DNA from: the human T2T-CHM13v2.0 reference genome, Homo sapiens
NCBI RefSeq assembly: GCF_009914755.1
Contig: NC_060933.1
Length of the DNA stretch: 64,000 nt
Strand: one strand, 5' to 3'
The notes under the pieces are model-generated. The model did no database searches, had not been told where the DNA came from, and saw nothing but the letters and a program-made list of their open reading frames with translations. Shown in pieces: positions 1 to 13,830 of the stretch (positions are counted from its first letter, which is position 1; each line of letters begins with the position of its first letter). The position numbers and the translations under genes are program-made.

Positions 1-3000
1 CCGACTGCACGGGAATGGAATGTAATGGAACGCAATGGAATGGAATCATCCGGAACGGAACGGAATGGAATGGAATGGAATCAACCCGATTGCAATGGAA
101 TGGAATGGAATGGAATGGAATGGAATGGAATGGAGTGGATTCAACCCGAGTGCAGGGGAATGGAATGGAATTGAATGCAATGGAATGGAATCATCCGGAA
201 TGGAATGGAATGGAATGGAATGGAATGGAATGAACCCGATGCAATGGAGTGGAATGGAATGGAATGGAATGGAATGGAATGGAATGGAATGGAATGGAAA
301 AATCCCGAATGGAATGGAATGTAATGGAGTGTAAGGGAATTGATTAGAATCAGTCCGAATGTAATGGAATAGAATGGAATGAAATGGAATGCAATGGAAT
401 GGAATGGAATCAAACGGAGTGCAATGGAATGGATTCGAATGGAATGGAATGGAATGCAAAGTAATAGAATGGAATCAACCCGAGTGGAATGGAATGGAAA
501 GGACTGGAATGGACTGGAATGGAATAGAATGGAATGGAATCAAATCGATTGCAATGGAATGGAATGGAATGGAATCAACTCGATTGCAATGGAATGGAAT
601 GGAATGGAATGGAATTAACCCGAATAGAATGTAATGGAATGGAATGGAACAGAATGTAATGGAATGAAATGGAATGGAATCAACCCGAGTGCAGGGGAAT
701 GGAATGGAATGGAATGCAATGGAATGGAATCATCCGGAATGGAATGGAATGGAATGGAATGGAATGGAATGGAATGGAATGGAATGGAATCAACTCGATT
801 GCAATGGAATGGAAAGGAATGGAAAGGAATGGAAGGGAATGGAGTGGAATGTAATCAACCCGAGTGCAGGAGAATGGAATGGAATGGAATGCAATGGCAT
901 GGAATCATCCGGAATGGAATGGAATGGAATGGAATGCAATCAACCCAATGCAATGGAATGGAGTGGAATGGAATGGAATGGAATGGAAACATCCCGAATG
1001 GAATGGAATGTAATGGAGTGTAAGGGAATTGAATAGAATCAATCCGAATTTAATGGAATGGAATGGAATGAAATGGAATTTAATGGAATGGAATGGAATC
1101 AACCCGAGTGCAATGGAATGGATACGAATGGAATGGAATGGAATGGAATGGATTCAACAAGAATGGAATGGAAAGGAATGGAATCAACCCGAGTGTAATG
1201 GCATGGAATGCAATGGAATGGAATGGAATGGGATGGAATGGAATGGTACGGAATAGAATGGAATGGAATGAAATGGAATGGAATGGAATGGAATGGAATG
1301 GAATGGAATGGAATGAACCCGTGTGCAATGTAATGTAATGGAATGGAATGGAATGGATTCAACTCGAATGGAATCAACTCGATTGCAATGGAATGGAATG
1401 GAATGGAAAGGAATAGAATGGAATCAACCCGAGTGGAATGGAATGGAAAGGACTGGAATGGAGTGGAATGGAATGGAATGGAATTAACACGAATAGAATG
1501 GAATGGAATGGAATGGAACGGAATGGAATGGAATGGAATGGAATGGAATGGAATGGAATGGAATGGAATGGAATGCAATGGAATGGAATCAACCCGACTG
1601 CAGGGGAATGGAATGGAATGGAATGCAATGGAATGGAATCATCCGGAACGGAATGGAATGGAATGGAATGGAATCAACTCGATTGCAATGGAATGGAATG
1701 GAATGGAATGGAATCGAATGGAATGGAATGGAATTAACCCGAATAGACTGGAATGGAATGGAATGGAAAGGAATGGAAGGGAATGGAATGGAATGTAATC
1801 AACCCGAGTGCAGGGGAATGGAATAGAATGGAATGCAATGGAATGGAATCATCCGGAATGGAATGGAATGGAATGGAATGCAATCAACCTGATGCAATGG
1901 AATGGAGTGGAATGGAATGGAATGGAAACATCCCGAATGGAATGGAAGGTAATGGAGAGTAAGGGAATTGAATAGAATCAATCCGAATGTAATGGAATGG
2001 AATGGAATGAAATGGAATGGAATGGAATGGAATGGAATCAACCCGAGTGCAATGGAATGGATTCGAATGGAATGGAATGGAATGGAATGGATTCAACAAG
2101 AATGGAATGGAAAGGAATGGAATCAACCCGACTGTAATGGCATGGAATGGAACGGAAGGGAATGGGATGGAATGCAATGGTACGGATTAGAATGGAATTG
2201 AATGAAATGGAATGGAATGGAATGGAATGGAATGGAATGGAATGAACCCGTGTGCAATGGAATGGAATGGAATGGAATTGAATGGATTCAACTCGAAAGG
2301 AATCAACACGATTGCAATGGAATGGAATGGAATGGAAAGGAATAGAATGGAATCAACCCGAGTGGAATGGAATGGAAAGGACTGGAATGGAGTGCAATGG
2401 AATGGAATGGAATTAACCTGAATAGAATGGAATGGAACGGAATGTAATCTAATGGAATGGAATGGAATCAATCCGAGTGCAGGGGAATGGAATGGAATGG
2501 AATGCAATGGAATGGAATCATCCGGAATGGAATGGAATGGAATGGAATGGAATGGAATGGAATGGAATGGAATGGAATCAACTCGATTTCAATGGAATGG
2601 AATGGAATAGAATGGAATGGAATTAACACGAATAGAATGGAATGGAATGGAATGGAATGGAATGGAATGGAATGGAATGGAACGGAAAGGAATGGAATGG
2701 AATGGAATGGAATCAACCCAAGTGCAGGGGAATGGAATGGAATGGAATTCAATGGAATGGAATCATCCGGAATGGAATGGAATGGAATGGAATGGAACAG
2801 AAAGGAATGGAATGGAATGGAATGGAATCAACCCAAGTGCAGGGGAATGGAATGGAATGGAATTCTATGGAATGGAATCATCAGAATGGAATGGAATGGA
2901 ATGGAATCAACACGAGTGCAATGGAATGGAGAGGAATGGAATGGAATGGAATGGAAACTACCCGATTGGAATGTAATGTAATAGAGTGTAAGGGAATTGA

Positions 3001-6000
3001 ATAGAATGAATACGAATGGAATGGAATGGAATGGAAAGGAATGGAATGGAATGGAATGGAATGGAATGGAATGGAATGGAATGGAATGGAATGCAATGCC
3101 ATGGAATCAACACGAGTGCAATCGAATGGAATCGAATGGAATGGAATGCAATGGAATGGATTCATCTTCAATGGAATGGAAAGAATGGAATCAACACGAG
3201 TGGAATGGCATGGATTGGAATGGAATGGAATGGAATCAACCCAAGTACAGGGGAATGGAATGGAATGGAATGAAATGGAATGGAATCATCCGTAATGTAA
3301 TGGAAAGGAATGGAATGGAATGGAATGGAATGGAATGGAATGGAATCAACTCGATTGCAATCGAATGGAATGGAATGGAATTAACCCGAATAGAATGGAA
3401 TGGAATGGAATGGAATGCAATCAACCTGACGCAATGGAATGCAGTGGAATGGAATGGAATGGAATGGAAACATCCCGAATGGAATGGAATGTAATGGAGT
3501 GTAAGGGAATTGAATAGAATCATACCGAATATAATGGAATGGAATGGAATGAAATGGAATGGAATGGAATGGAATGGAATCAACCCGAGTGCAATGGAAT
3601 GGATTCGAATGGAATGGAATGGAATGGAATGGATTCAACAACAATGGAATGGAAAGGAATGGAATCAACCAGAGCGTAATGGCATGGAATGGAACGGAAT
3701 GGAATGGGATGGAATGGAATGGTACGGATTAGAATGGAATGGTATGAAATGGAATGGAATGGAATGGAATGGAATGGAATGGAATGAACCCGTGTGCAAT
3801 GGAATGGAATGGAATGGAATGGAATCGATTCAACTCGAATGGAATCAACTCTATTGCAATGGAATGGAATGGAATGGAAAGGAATAGAATGGAATCAACC
3901 CGAGTGGAATGGAATGGAAAGGACTGGAATGGAGTGGAATGGAATGGAATGGAATTAACCCGAATAGAATGGAATGGAACGGAATGGAACGGAATGTAAT
4001 GGAATGGAACGGAATGGAATCAATCCGAGTGCAGGGGAATGGAATGCAATGGAATGTAATGGAATGGAATCATCCGGAATGGAATGGAATGGAATGGAAT
4101 GGAATGGAAGGGAATCAACTCGATTTCAATGGAATGGAATGGAATAGAATGGAATGGAATTAACACGAATAGAATGGAATGGAATGGAATGGAATGGAAT
4201 GGAATGGAATGGAACAGAAAGGAATGGAATTGAATGGAATGGAATCAACCCAAGTGCAGGGGAATGGAATGGAATGGAATTCTATGGAATGGAATCATCA
4301 GAATGGAATGGAATGGAATGGAACGGAATGGAATGGAATGGAATCAACCCGAGTGCAATGGAATGGAGAGGAATGGAATGGTATGGAAAGGAAAATACCC
4401 GATTGGAATGTATTGTAATGGAGTGTAAGGGAATTGAATAGAATGAATCCGAATGGAATGGAATGGAATTTAAAGGAATGGAATGGAATGGAATGCAATG
4501 CCATGAAATCAACACGAGTGCAATCGAATGGAATCGAATGGAATGGAATGCAATGGAATGCATTCATCTTCAATGGAATGGAAAGAATGGAATCAACACG
4601 AGTGGAATGGCATGGATTGGAATGGAATGGAATGGAATCAACCCGAGTACAGGGGAATGGAATGGAATGGAATGAAATGGAATGGAATCATCCGAAATGT
4701 AATGGAAAGGAATGGAATGGAATGGAATGGAATGGAATGGAATGGAATCAACTCGATTGCAATCGAATGGAATGGAATGGAATTAACCCGAATAGAATGG
4801 AATGGAATGGAATGGAATGGAATGGAACGGAACGGAATGGAAAGGAATAGAATGGAGTGGAACGGAACGGAACGGAACGGAATGGAATGGAATGGAATGG
4901 AATGGAATCAACGCGAGTGCAGGGGAATGGAATGGAATGGAATACAATGGAATGGAATCTTCCGGAATGGAATGGAATGGAATGGAATGGAATGGAATCA
5001 ACCCGAGTGCAATGGAGTGGAGTGGAATGGAATGGAATGGAATGGAACAACCCGAATGGAATGGAATGTAATGGAGAGTAAGGGAGTTGAATAGAATCAA
5101 TCAGAATGTAATGGAATTGAATGGAACAGAATGGAATGGAATGGAATGGAATGGAATGCAATGGAATGGAATCATCCGGAATGGAATGGAATGGAATGGA
5201 ATGCAAAGCAATGGAATCAACTCGATTGCAATGCAATGGAATGGAATGGAAAGGAATAGAATGGAATCAACCCGAGTGGAATGGAATGGAAAGGACTGGA
5301 ATGGAACGGAATGGAATGGAATCAAGTCGATTGGAATGGAGTGGAATGGAATTTGAATGGAATGGAATGGAATGGAATGGAATTAACCCGAATAGAATGG
5401 AATGGAATGGAATGGAACGGAATGGAAGGGAATGGAATGGAATGGAATCAACCCGACTGCACGGGAATGGAATGTAATGGAACGCAATGGAATGGAATCA
5501 TCCGGAACGGAACGGAATGTAATGGAATGGAATCAACCCGATTGCAATGGAATGGAATGGAATGGAATGGAATGGAATGGAGTGGATTCAACCCGAGTGC
5601 AGGGGAATGGAATGGAATTGAATGCAATGGAATGGAATCATCCGGAATGGAATGGAATGGAATGGAATGGAATGGAATGAACCCGATGCAATGGAGTGGA
5701 ATGGAATGGAATGGAATGGAATGGAATGGAATGGAATGGAATGGAATGGAAAAATCCCGAATGGAATGGAATGTAATGGAGTGTAAGGGAATTGATTAGA
5801 ATCAGTCCGAATGTAATGGAATAGAATGGAATGAAATGGAATGCAATGGAATGGAATGGAATCAAACGGAGTGCAATGGAATGGATTCGAATGGAATGGA
5901 ATGGAATGCAAAGTAATAGAATGGAATCAACCCGAGTGGAATGGAATGGAAAGGACTGGAATGGACTGGAATGGAATAGAATGGAATGGAATCAAATCGA

Positions 6001-8525
6001 TTGCAATGGAATGGAATGGAATGGAATCAACTCGATTGCAATGGAATGGAATGGAATGGAATGGAATTAACCCGAATAGAATGTAATGGAATGGAATGGA
6101 ACAGAATGTAATGGAATGAAATGGAATGGAATCAACCCGAGTGCAGGGGAATGGAATGGAATGGAATGCAATGGAATGGAATCATCCGGAATGGAATGGA
6201 ATGGAATGGAATGGAATGGAATGGAATGGAATGGAATCAACTCGATTGCAATGGAATGGAAAGGAATGGAAAGGAATGGAAGGGAATGGAGTGGAATGTA
6301 ATCAACCCGAGTGCAGGAGAATGGAATGGAATGGAATGCAATGGCATGGAATCATCCGGAATGGAATGGAATGGAATGGAATGCAATCAACCCAATGCAA
6401 TGGAATGGAGTGGAATGGAATGGAATGGAATGGAAACATCCCGAATGGAATGGAATGTAATGGAGTGTAAGGGAATTGAATAGAATCAATCCGAATTTAA
6501 TGGAATGGAATGGAATGAAATGGAATTTAATGGAATGGAATGGAATCAACCCGAGTGCAATGGAATGGATACGAATGGAATGGAATGGAATGGAATGGAT
6601 TCAACAAGAATGGAATGGAAAGGAATGGAATCAACCCGAGTGTAATGGCATGGAATGCAATGGAATGGAATGGAATGGGATGGAATGGAATGGTACGGAA
6701 TAGAATGGAATGGAATGAAATGGAATGGAATGGAATGGAATGGAATGGAATGGAATGGAATGAACCCGTGTGCAATGTAATGTAATGGAATGGAATGGAA
6801 TGGATTCAACTCGAATGGAATCAACTCGATTGCAATGGAATGGAATGGAATGGAAAGGAATAGAATGGAATCAACCCGAGTGGAATGGAATGGAAAGGAC
6901 TGGAATGGAGTGGAATGGAATGGAATGGAATTAACACGAATAGAATGGAATGGAATGGAATGGAACGGAATGGAATGGAATGGAATGGAATGGAATGGAA
7001 TGGAAAGGAATGGAATGGAATGCAATGGAATGGAATCAACCCGACTGCAGGGGAATGGAATGGAATGGAATGCAATGGAATGGAATCATCCGGAACGGAA
7101 TGGAATGGAATGGAATGGAATCAACTCGATTGCAATGGAATGGAATGGAATGGAATGGAATCGAATGGAATGGAATGGAATTAACCCGAATAGACTGGAA
7201 TGGAATGGAATGGAAAGGAATGGAAGGGAATGGAATGGAATGTAATCAACCCGAGTGCAGGGGAATGGAATAGAATGGAATGCAATGGAATGGAATCATC
7301 CGGAATGGAATGGAATGGAATGGAATGCAATCAACCTGATGCAATGGAATGGAGTGGAATGGAATGGAATGGAAACATCCCGAATGGAATGGAAGGTAAT
7401 GGAGAGTAAGGGAATTGAATAGAATCAATCCGAATGTAATGGAATGGAATGGAATGAAATGGAATGGAATGGAATGGAATGGAATCAACCCGAGTGCAAT
7501 GGAATGGATTCGAATGGAATGGAATGGAATGGAATGGATTCAACAAGAATGGAATGGAAAGGAATGGAATCAACCCGACTGTAATGGCATGGAATGGAAC
7601 GGAAGGGAATGGGATGGAATGCAATGGTACGGATTAGAATGGAATTGAATGAAATGGAATGGAATGGAATGGAATGGAATGGAATGGAATGAACCCGTGT
7701 GCAATGGAATGGAATGGAATGGAATTGAATGGATTCAACTCGAATGGAATCAACACGATTGCAATGGAATGGAATGGAATGGAAAGGAATAGAATGGAAT
7801 CAACCCGAGTGGAATGGAATGGAAAGGACTGGAATGGAGTGCAATGGAATGGAATGGAATTAACCTGAATAGAATGGAATGGAACGGAATGTAATCTAAT
7901 GGAATGGAATGGAATCAATCCGAGTGCAGGGGAATGGAATGGAATGGAATGCAATGGAATGGAATCATCCGGAATGGAATGGAATGGAATGGAATGGAAT
8001 GGAATGGAATGGAATGGAATGGAATCAACTCGATTTCAATGGAATGGAATGGAATAGAATGGAATGGAATTAACACGAATAGAATGGAATGGAATGGAAT
8101 GGAATGGAATGGAACGGAAAGGAATGGAATGGAATGGAATGGAATCAACCCAAGTGCAGGGGAATGGAATGGAATGGAATTCAATGGAATGGAATCATCC
8201 GGAATGGAATGGAATGGAATGGAATGGAACAGAAAGGAATGGAATGGAATGGAATGGAATCAACCCAAGTGCAGGGGAATGGAATGGAATGGAATTCTAT
8301 GGAATGGAATCATCAGAATGGAATGGAATGGAATGGAATCAACCCGAGTGCAATGGAATGGAGAGGAATGGAATGGAATGGAATGGAAACTACCCGATTG
8401 GAATGTAATGTAATGGAGTGTAAGGGAATTGAATAGAATGAATACGAATGGAATGGAATGGAATGGAAAGGAATGGAATGGAATGGAATGGAATGGAATG
8501 GAATGGAATGGAATGGAATGGAATG
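1..8525 (+). repeat. Higher-order direct repeat, period about 5.45 kb (1-~3090 recurs at 5453-~8525)
   Basis: CCGACTGCACGGGAATGG occurs at 1 and 5453. Near-identical ORF-track pairs have offsets 5452 (379/5831), 5447 (1029/6476, 2457/7904) and 5432 (2997/8429). Rare variants such as GAAAAATCCCG, CAAACGGAG and GTAATCTAATG are shared. Confidence 0.92.
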
Positions 8526-8689
8526 GTATGGAATGGAAAGAAATGGTACGGAATAGAATGGAATGGAACGACTTGGAATGGAATGGAATCGAATGGAATG
8601 GAATGGAATGGAATCAACGCAAGTGCAGGGGAATGTAATAGAACGGAATGCAATGGAATGGAATCATCCGGAATAGAATGGAATGGAAC

Positions 8690-11600
8690 GAAATGGAATG
8701 GAATGGAATGGAATGAAATGGAATGGAATGGAATGGAATGGAATCGTTCCGAGTGGAATAGGAGGGAATGTATTCGAGTGGAATGGAAAGGAATGGAATC
8801 AACCAGAGTGGAATGGAAGGGAATGGAATGAAATGGAAACTAATAGAATGGAATCAACCCGAGAGGAAAGGGATGGAAAGGAATGGAATGGAGTGGAATG
8901 GAATGGAATGGAATCAACTCGATTGTAATGGAATGGAATGGAATGGAATGGAATGGAATGGAATGGAATGGAATGGAATTAACCCGAATACAATGGAATG
9001 GAATGGAATGGAACGGAATGGAGTGGAATGGAATGGAATCAACCCGAGTGTAGGGGAATGGAATGGAATGGAATGCAATGGAATGGAATCATCCGGAATG
9101 GAATGGAATGGAATGGAATGCAATGCAATGGAATCAACTCGTTTGCAATGGAATGGAATGAAATGGAAAGGAATAGAATGGAATCAACCCGAGTGGAATG
9201 GAATGGAAAGGACTGGAATGGAGAGGAATGGAATGGAATGGAATGGAATGGAATGGAATCAACTCGATTGGAATGGTATGGAATTGAATGGAATGGAATT
9301 AACCCGAATAGAATGGAATGGAATGGAATGGAACGGAAAGGAATGGAATGGAATGGAATGCAATGGAACGGAAAGGAATGGAATGGAATGGAATGGAATG
9401 GCATGGAATGGAATCAACGCGAGTGCAGGGCAATGGAATGGAATCGAATGGAATGGAATGGAATGGAATGGAATCAACCCGAATGCAGGGCAATGTAATG
9501 GAACTGAATGCAATGGAATGGAATCATCCGGAATGGAATGGAATGGAATGGAATGGAATCAACCTGAGTGCAATGGAATGGAGTGGAATGGAATGGAATG
9601 GAATGGAACAACTCGAATGGAATGTAATGTAATGGAGAGTAAGGGAGTTGAAAAGAATCAATCCGAATGTAATGGAATGGAATGGAACGGAATGCAATGG
9701 AATGGAATGGAATGGGATGGAATGCAATGGAATGGAGTAAATCCGAGTGCAATCGAATGGAATCGAATGGAATGGAATGCAATGGAATGGATTCAACTTG
9801 AATGGAATGGAAAGAATGGAATCAACACGAGTGGAATGGCATGGATTGGAAAGGAATGGAATGGAATCAACACGAGTACGGGGGAATGGAATGGAATGGA
9901 ATGCAATGGAATGGAATCATCCGGAATGGAATGGAATGGAATGGAATGGAATGGAATGGAATGGAATGGTATGGAATGGAATGCAATGGAATGGAATCAA
10001 CGCGAGTGCAGGGTAATGTAATGGAACGGAATGCAATGGAATGGAATCATCCGGAATGGAATTGAATGGAATGGAATGGAATGGAATGGAATGGAATCAA
10101 CCCGAGTGCAATGGAATGGAGTGGAATGGAATGGAATGGAATGGAACAACCCGAATGGAATGGAATGTAATTGAGAGTAACGGAGTTGAATAGAATCACT
10201 CCGAATGTAATGGAATGGAATGGAACGGAATGGAATGGAATGGAATGGAATGCAATGGAATGGAATCAACCCGTGTACAATGGAATGGAATGGAATGGAA
10301 TGGAATGGAGTGGAATTGAATGGAATGGAATGGTTTCAAACAGAATGGAATGGAAAGGAATGGAATCAACACGAGTGAAATGGAATGGAATGGAATGGAA
10401 ACAACCAGAATGGATTGGAATATAATGGAGTGTAAGGGAATTGAATATAATCAATCTGAATGTAATGAAATGGAATGGAACGGAATGGAATGGAATGGAA
10501 TGGAATGGAATGGAATGCAATGGAATGGAATCAACCCGAGTGCAATCGAATGGAATCGAATGGAATGGAATGCAATGAAATGGATTCAACTTGAATGGAA
10601 TGGAAAGAATGGAATCAACACGAGTGGAGTGGCGTGGATTGGAATGGAATTCAATGGAATCAACCCGAGTACAGGGGAATGGAATGGAATGGAATGCAAT
10701 GGAATGGAATCATCCGTAATGGAATGGAAAGGAATGGAATGGAATGGAATGGAATGGAATCAACTCAATTGTAATCGAATGGAATGGAATGGGATTAACC
10801 CGAATAGAATGGAATGGAATGGAATGGAACGGAACGGAACGGAACGGAACGGAGTGGAATGGAATGGAATAAACGCGAGTGCAGGGGAATGGAATGGAAT
10901 GGAATGCAATGGAATGGAATCTTCCGGAATGGAATGGAATGGAATGGAATGGAATGGAATGGAATGCAATGGATTCAACTCGATTGCAATGGAATGGAAT
11001 AGAATGGAATGGAATGGAATGGAATGGAATTAACACTAATAGAATGCAATGGAATGCAATGGAACGGAATGGAATGGAATGCAATGGAATGGAATGGAAT
11101 GGAATGGAATGGAATGGAATGGAATGGAATGGTATGGAATGGAATGGAATGGTACGGAAAAGAATGGAATGGAACGGTACGGAATAGAATGGAATGGAAC
11201 GAATTGGAATGGAATGGAATCGAATGGAATGGAATGGAATGGAATGGAATGGAATCAACACGAGTGCAGGGGAATGTAATAGAACGGAATGCAATGGAAT
11301 GGAATCATCTGCAATAAAATGGAATGGAATGAAGTGGAATGGAATCAACCCGAGTGCAATGGAATGGAGTGGAATGGAATGGAATGGAATGGAACAACCA
11401 GAATTGAATGGAATGTAATGGAGAGTAAGGGAGTTGAATAGAATTAATCCGAATGGAATGGAATGTAATTGAGAGTAAGGGAGTTGAATAGAATGAATCC
11501 GAATGTAATGGAATGGAATGGAACGGAATGGAATTGAATGGAATGGAATGGAATGCAATGGAATGGAATCAACCCGAGTACAATGGAATGAAATGGAATG

Positions 11601-13830
11601 GAATGGAATGGAATGGAATGGAATGGAATGGAATGGAATGGAATGGAATTGAATGCAATGGAATGGCTTCAAACCGAATGGAATGGAAAGGAATGGAATC
11701 AACACGAGTGGAATGGAATGGAATGGAATGGAATGAAATGGAATGGAATGGTACGGAATAGAATGGAATGGAACGAAATGGAATGGAATGGAATGGAATG
11801 GAATGGAATGGAATCGTTCCGAGTGGAATAGGAGGGAATGTATTTGAGTGGAATTGAAAGGAATGGAATCAACCAGAGTGGAGTGGAAGGGAATGGAATG
11901 GAATGGAAACTAATAGAATGGAATCAACCCGAGTGGAATGGGATGGAAAGGAATGGAATGGAGTGGAATGGAATGGAATTGAATGGAATGGAATCAACTC
12001 GATTGTAATGGAATGGAATGGAATGGAATGGAATGGAATGGAATGGAATGGAATGGAATTAACCCGAATACAATGGAATGGAATGGAATGGAACGGAATG
12101 GAGTGGAATGGAATGGAATCAACCCGAGTGGAGGGGAATGGAATGGAATGGAATGCAATGGGATGGAATCATCCGGAATGGAATGGAATGGAATGGAATG
12201 CAATGCAATGGAATCAACTCGATTGCAATGGAATGGAATGGAATGGAATGGAAAGGAATAGAATGGAATCAACCCGAGTGGAATGGAATGGAAAGGACTG
12301 GAATGGAGTGGAATGGAATGGAATGGAATGGAATGGAATCAACTCGATTGGAATGGAATGGAATGGAATGGAATGGAATTAACCCGAATAGAATGGAATG
12401 GAATGGAATGGAACGGAATGGAATGGAATGGAATGCAATGGAATGCAATGGAATGCATTCAACTTGAATGGAATGGAAAGAATGGAATCAACACGAGTGG
12501 AATGGAATGGATTGGAATGGAATGGAATGGAATCAACACGAGTACAGGGGAATGGAATGGAATGGAATGCAATGGAATGGAATCATCCGGAATGGAATGG
12601 AATGGAATGGAATGGAATGGAATGGAATGGTATGGAGTGGAATGCAATGGAATGGAATCAACGCGAGTGCAGGGTAATATAATGGAATGGAATGCAATGG
12701 AATGGAATCATCCGGAATGGAATGGAATGGAATGGAATGGAATGGAATGGAATCAACCCGAGTGCAATGGAATGGAGTGGAATGGAATGGAATGGAATGG
12801 AACAACCCGAATGGGATGGAATGTAATGGAGAGTAACAGAGTTGAATAGAATAAATCCGAATGTAATGGAATGGAATGGAACGGAATGGAATGGAATGGA
12901 ATGGAATGCAATGGAATGGAATCAACCCGAGTACAATGGAATGGAATGGAATGGAATGGAATGGAATGGAATGGAATGGAATGGAATGGAATGGAATGGA
13001 GTGGAATTGAATGGAATGGAATGGCTTCAAACCGAATGGTATGGAAAGGAATGGAATCAACACGAGTGTAATGGAATTTAATGGAATGGGAACAACCAGA
13101 ATGGATTGGAATATAATGGAGTGCAAGGGAATTGAATAGAATCAATCTGAATGTAATGAAATGGAATGGAACGGAATGGAATGGAATGGAATGGAATGGA
13201 ATGGAATGGAATGGAATGCAATGGAATGGAATCAACCCGAGTGCAATCGAATGGAATCGAATGGAATGGAATGCAATGGAATGGATTCAACTTGAATGGA
13301 ATGGAAAGAATGGAATCAACACGAGTGGAGTGGCATGGATTGGAATGGAATTGAATGGAATCAACCCGAGTACAGGGGAATGGAATGGAATGGAATGCAA
13401 TGGAATGGAATCATCCGTAATGGAATGGAAAGGAATGGAATGGAATGGAATGGAATGGAATGGAATGGAATCGAATGGAATGGAATGGAATCAACTCAAT
13501 TGTAATCGAATGGAATGGAATGGAATTAACCCGAATAGAATGGAATGGAATGGAATGGAACGGAACGGAATGGAACGGAATGGAATGGAATGGAATGGAA
13601 TGGTATGGAACGGAAAGGAATGGAATGGAATGGAATGGAATGGAATGGAATGGATTCAACGCGAGTGCAGGGGAATGGAATGGAATGGAATGAAATGGAA
13701 TGGAATCTTCCGAAATGGAATGGAATGGAATGGAATGGAATGCAATGGATTCAACTCGATTGCAATGGAGTGGAATAGAATGGAATGGAATGGAATGGAA
13801 TTAACCCGAATAGAATGGAATGGAATGGAA
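8690..13830 (+). repeat. Older degenerate tandem duplication, period about 2.7-3.1 kb
   Basis: Shared rare markers: GAATCGTTCCGAGTGG (~8741/~11811), GAGAGTAAC (~10173/~12829), ACAACCAGAATGGATTGGAATATAATGG (~10401/~13092), CAACTCAATTGTAATCG (10761/13492). Confidence 0.75.

Noticed and set aside
2444-2455. TAATCTAATG resembling a DUX4 site (also ~7892)
   Set aside because: It is an imperfect match present only in the two duplicated copies, as expected from point mutation of GGAAT.
8768-10021. 417-aa ORF and the other long ORFs (e.g. 37815-39047, 27942-29135, 23580-24629)
   Set aside because: (GGAAT)n has no stop codon in any frame and encodes MEWNG or IPFHS repeats. The ORFs overlap in all six frames, with no domain or gene structure, so they are artefacts.
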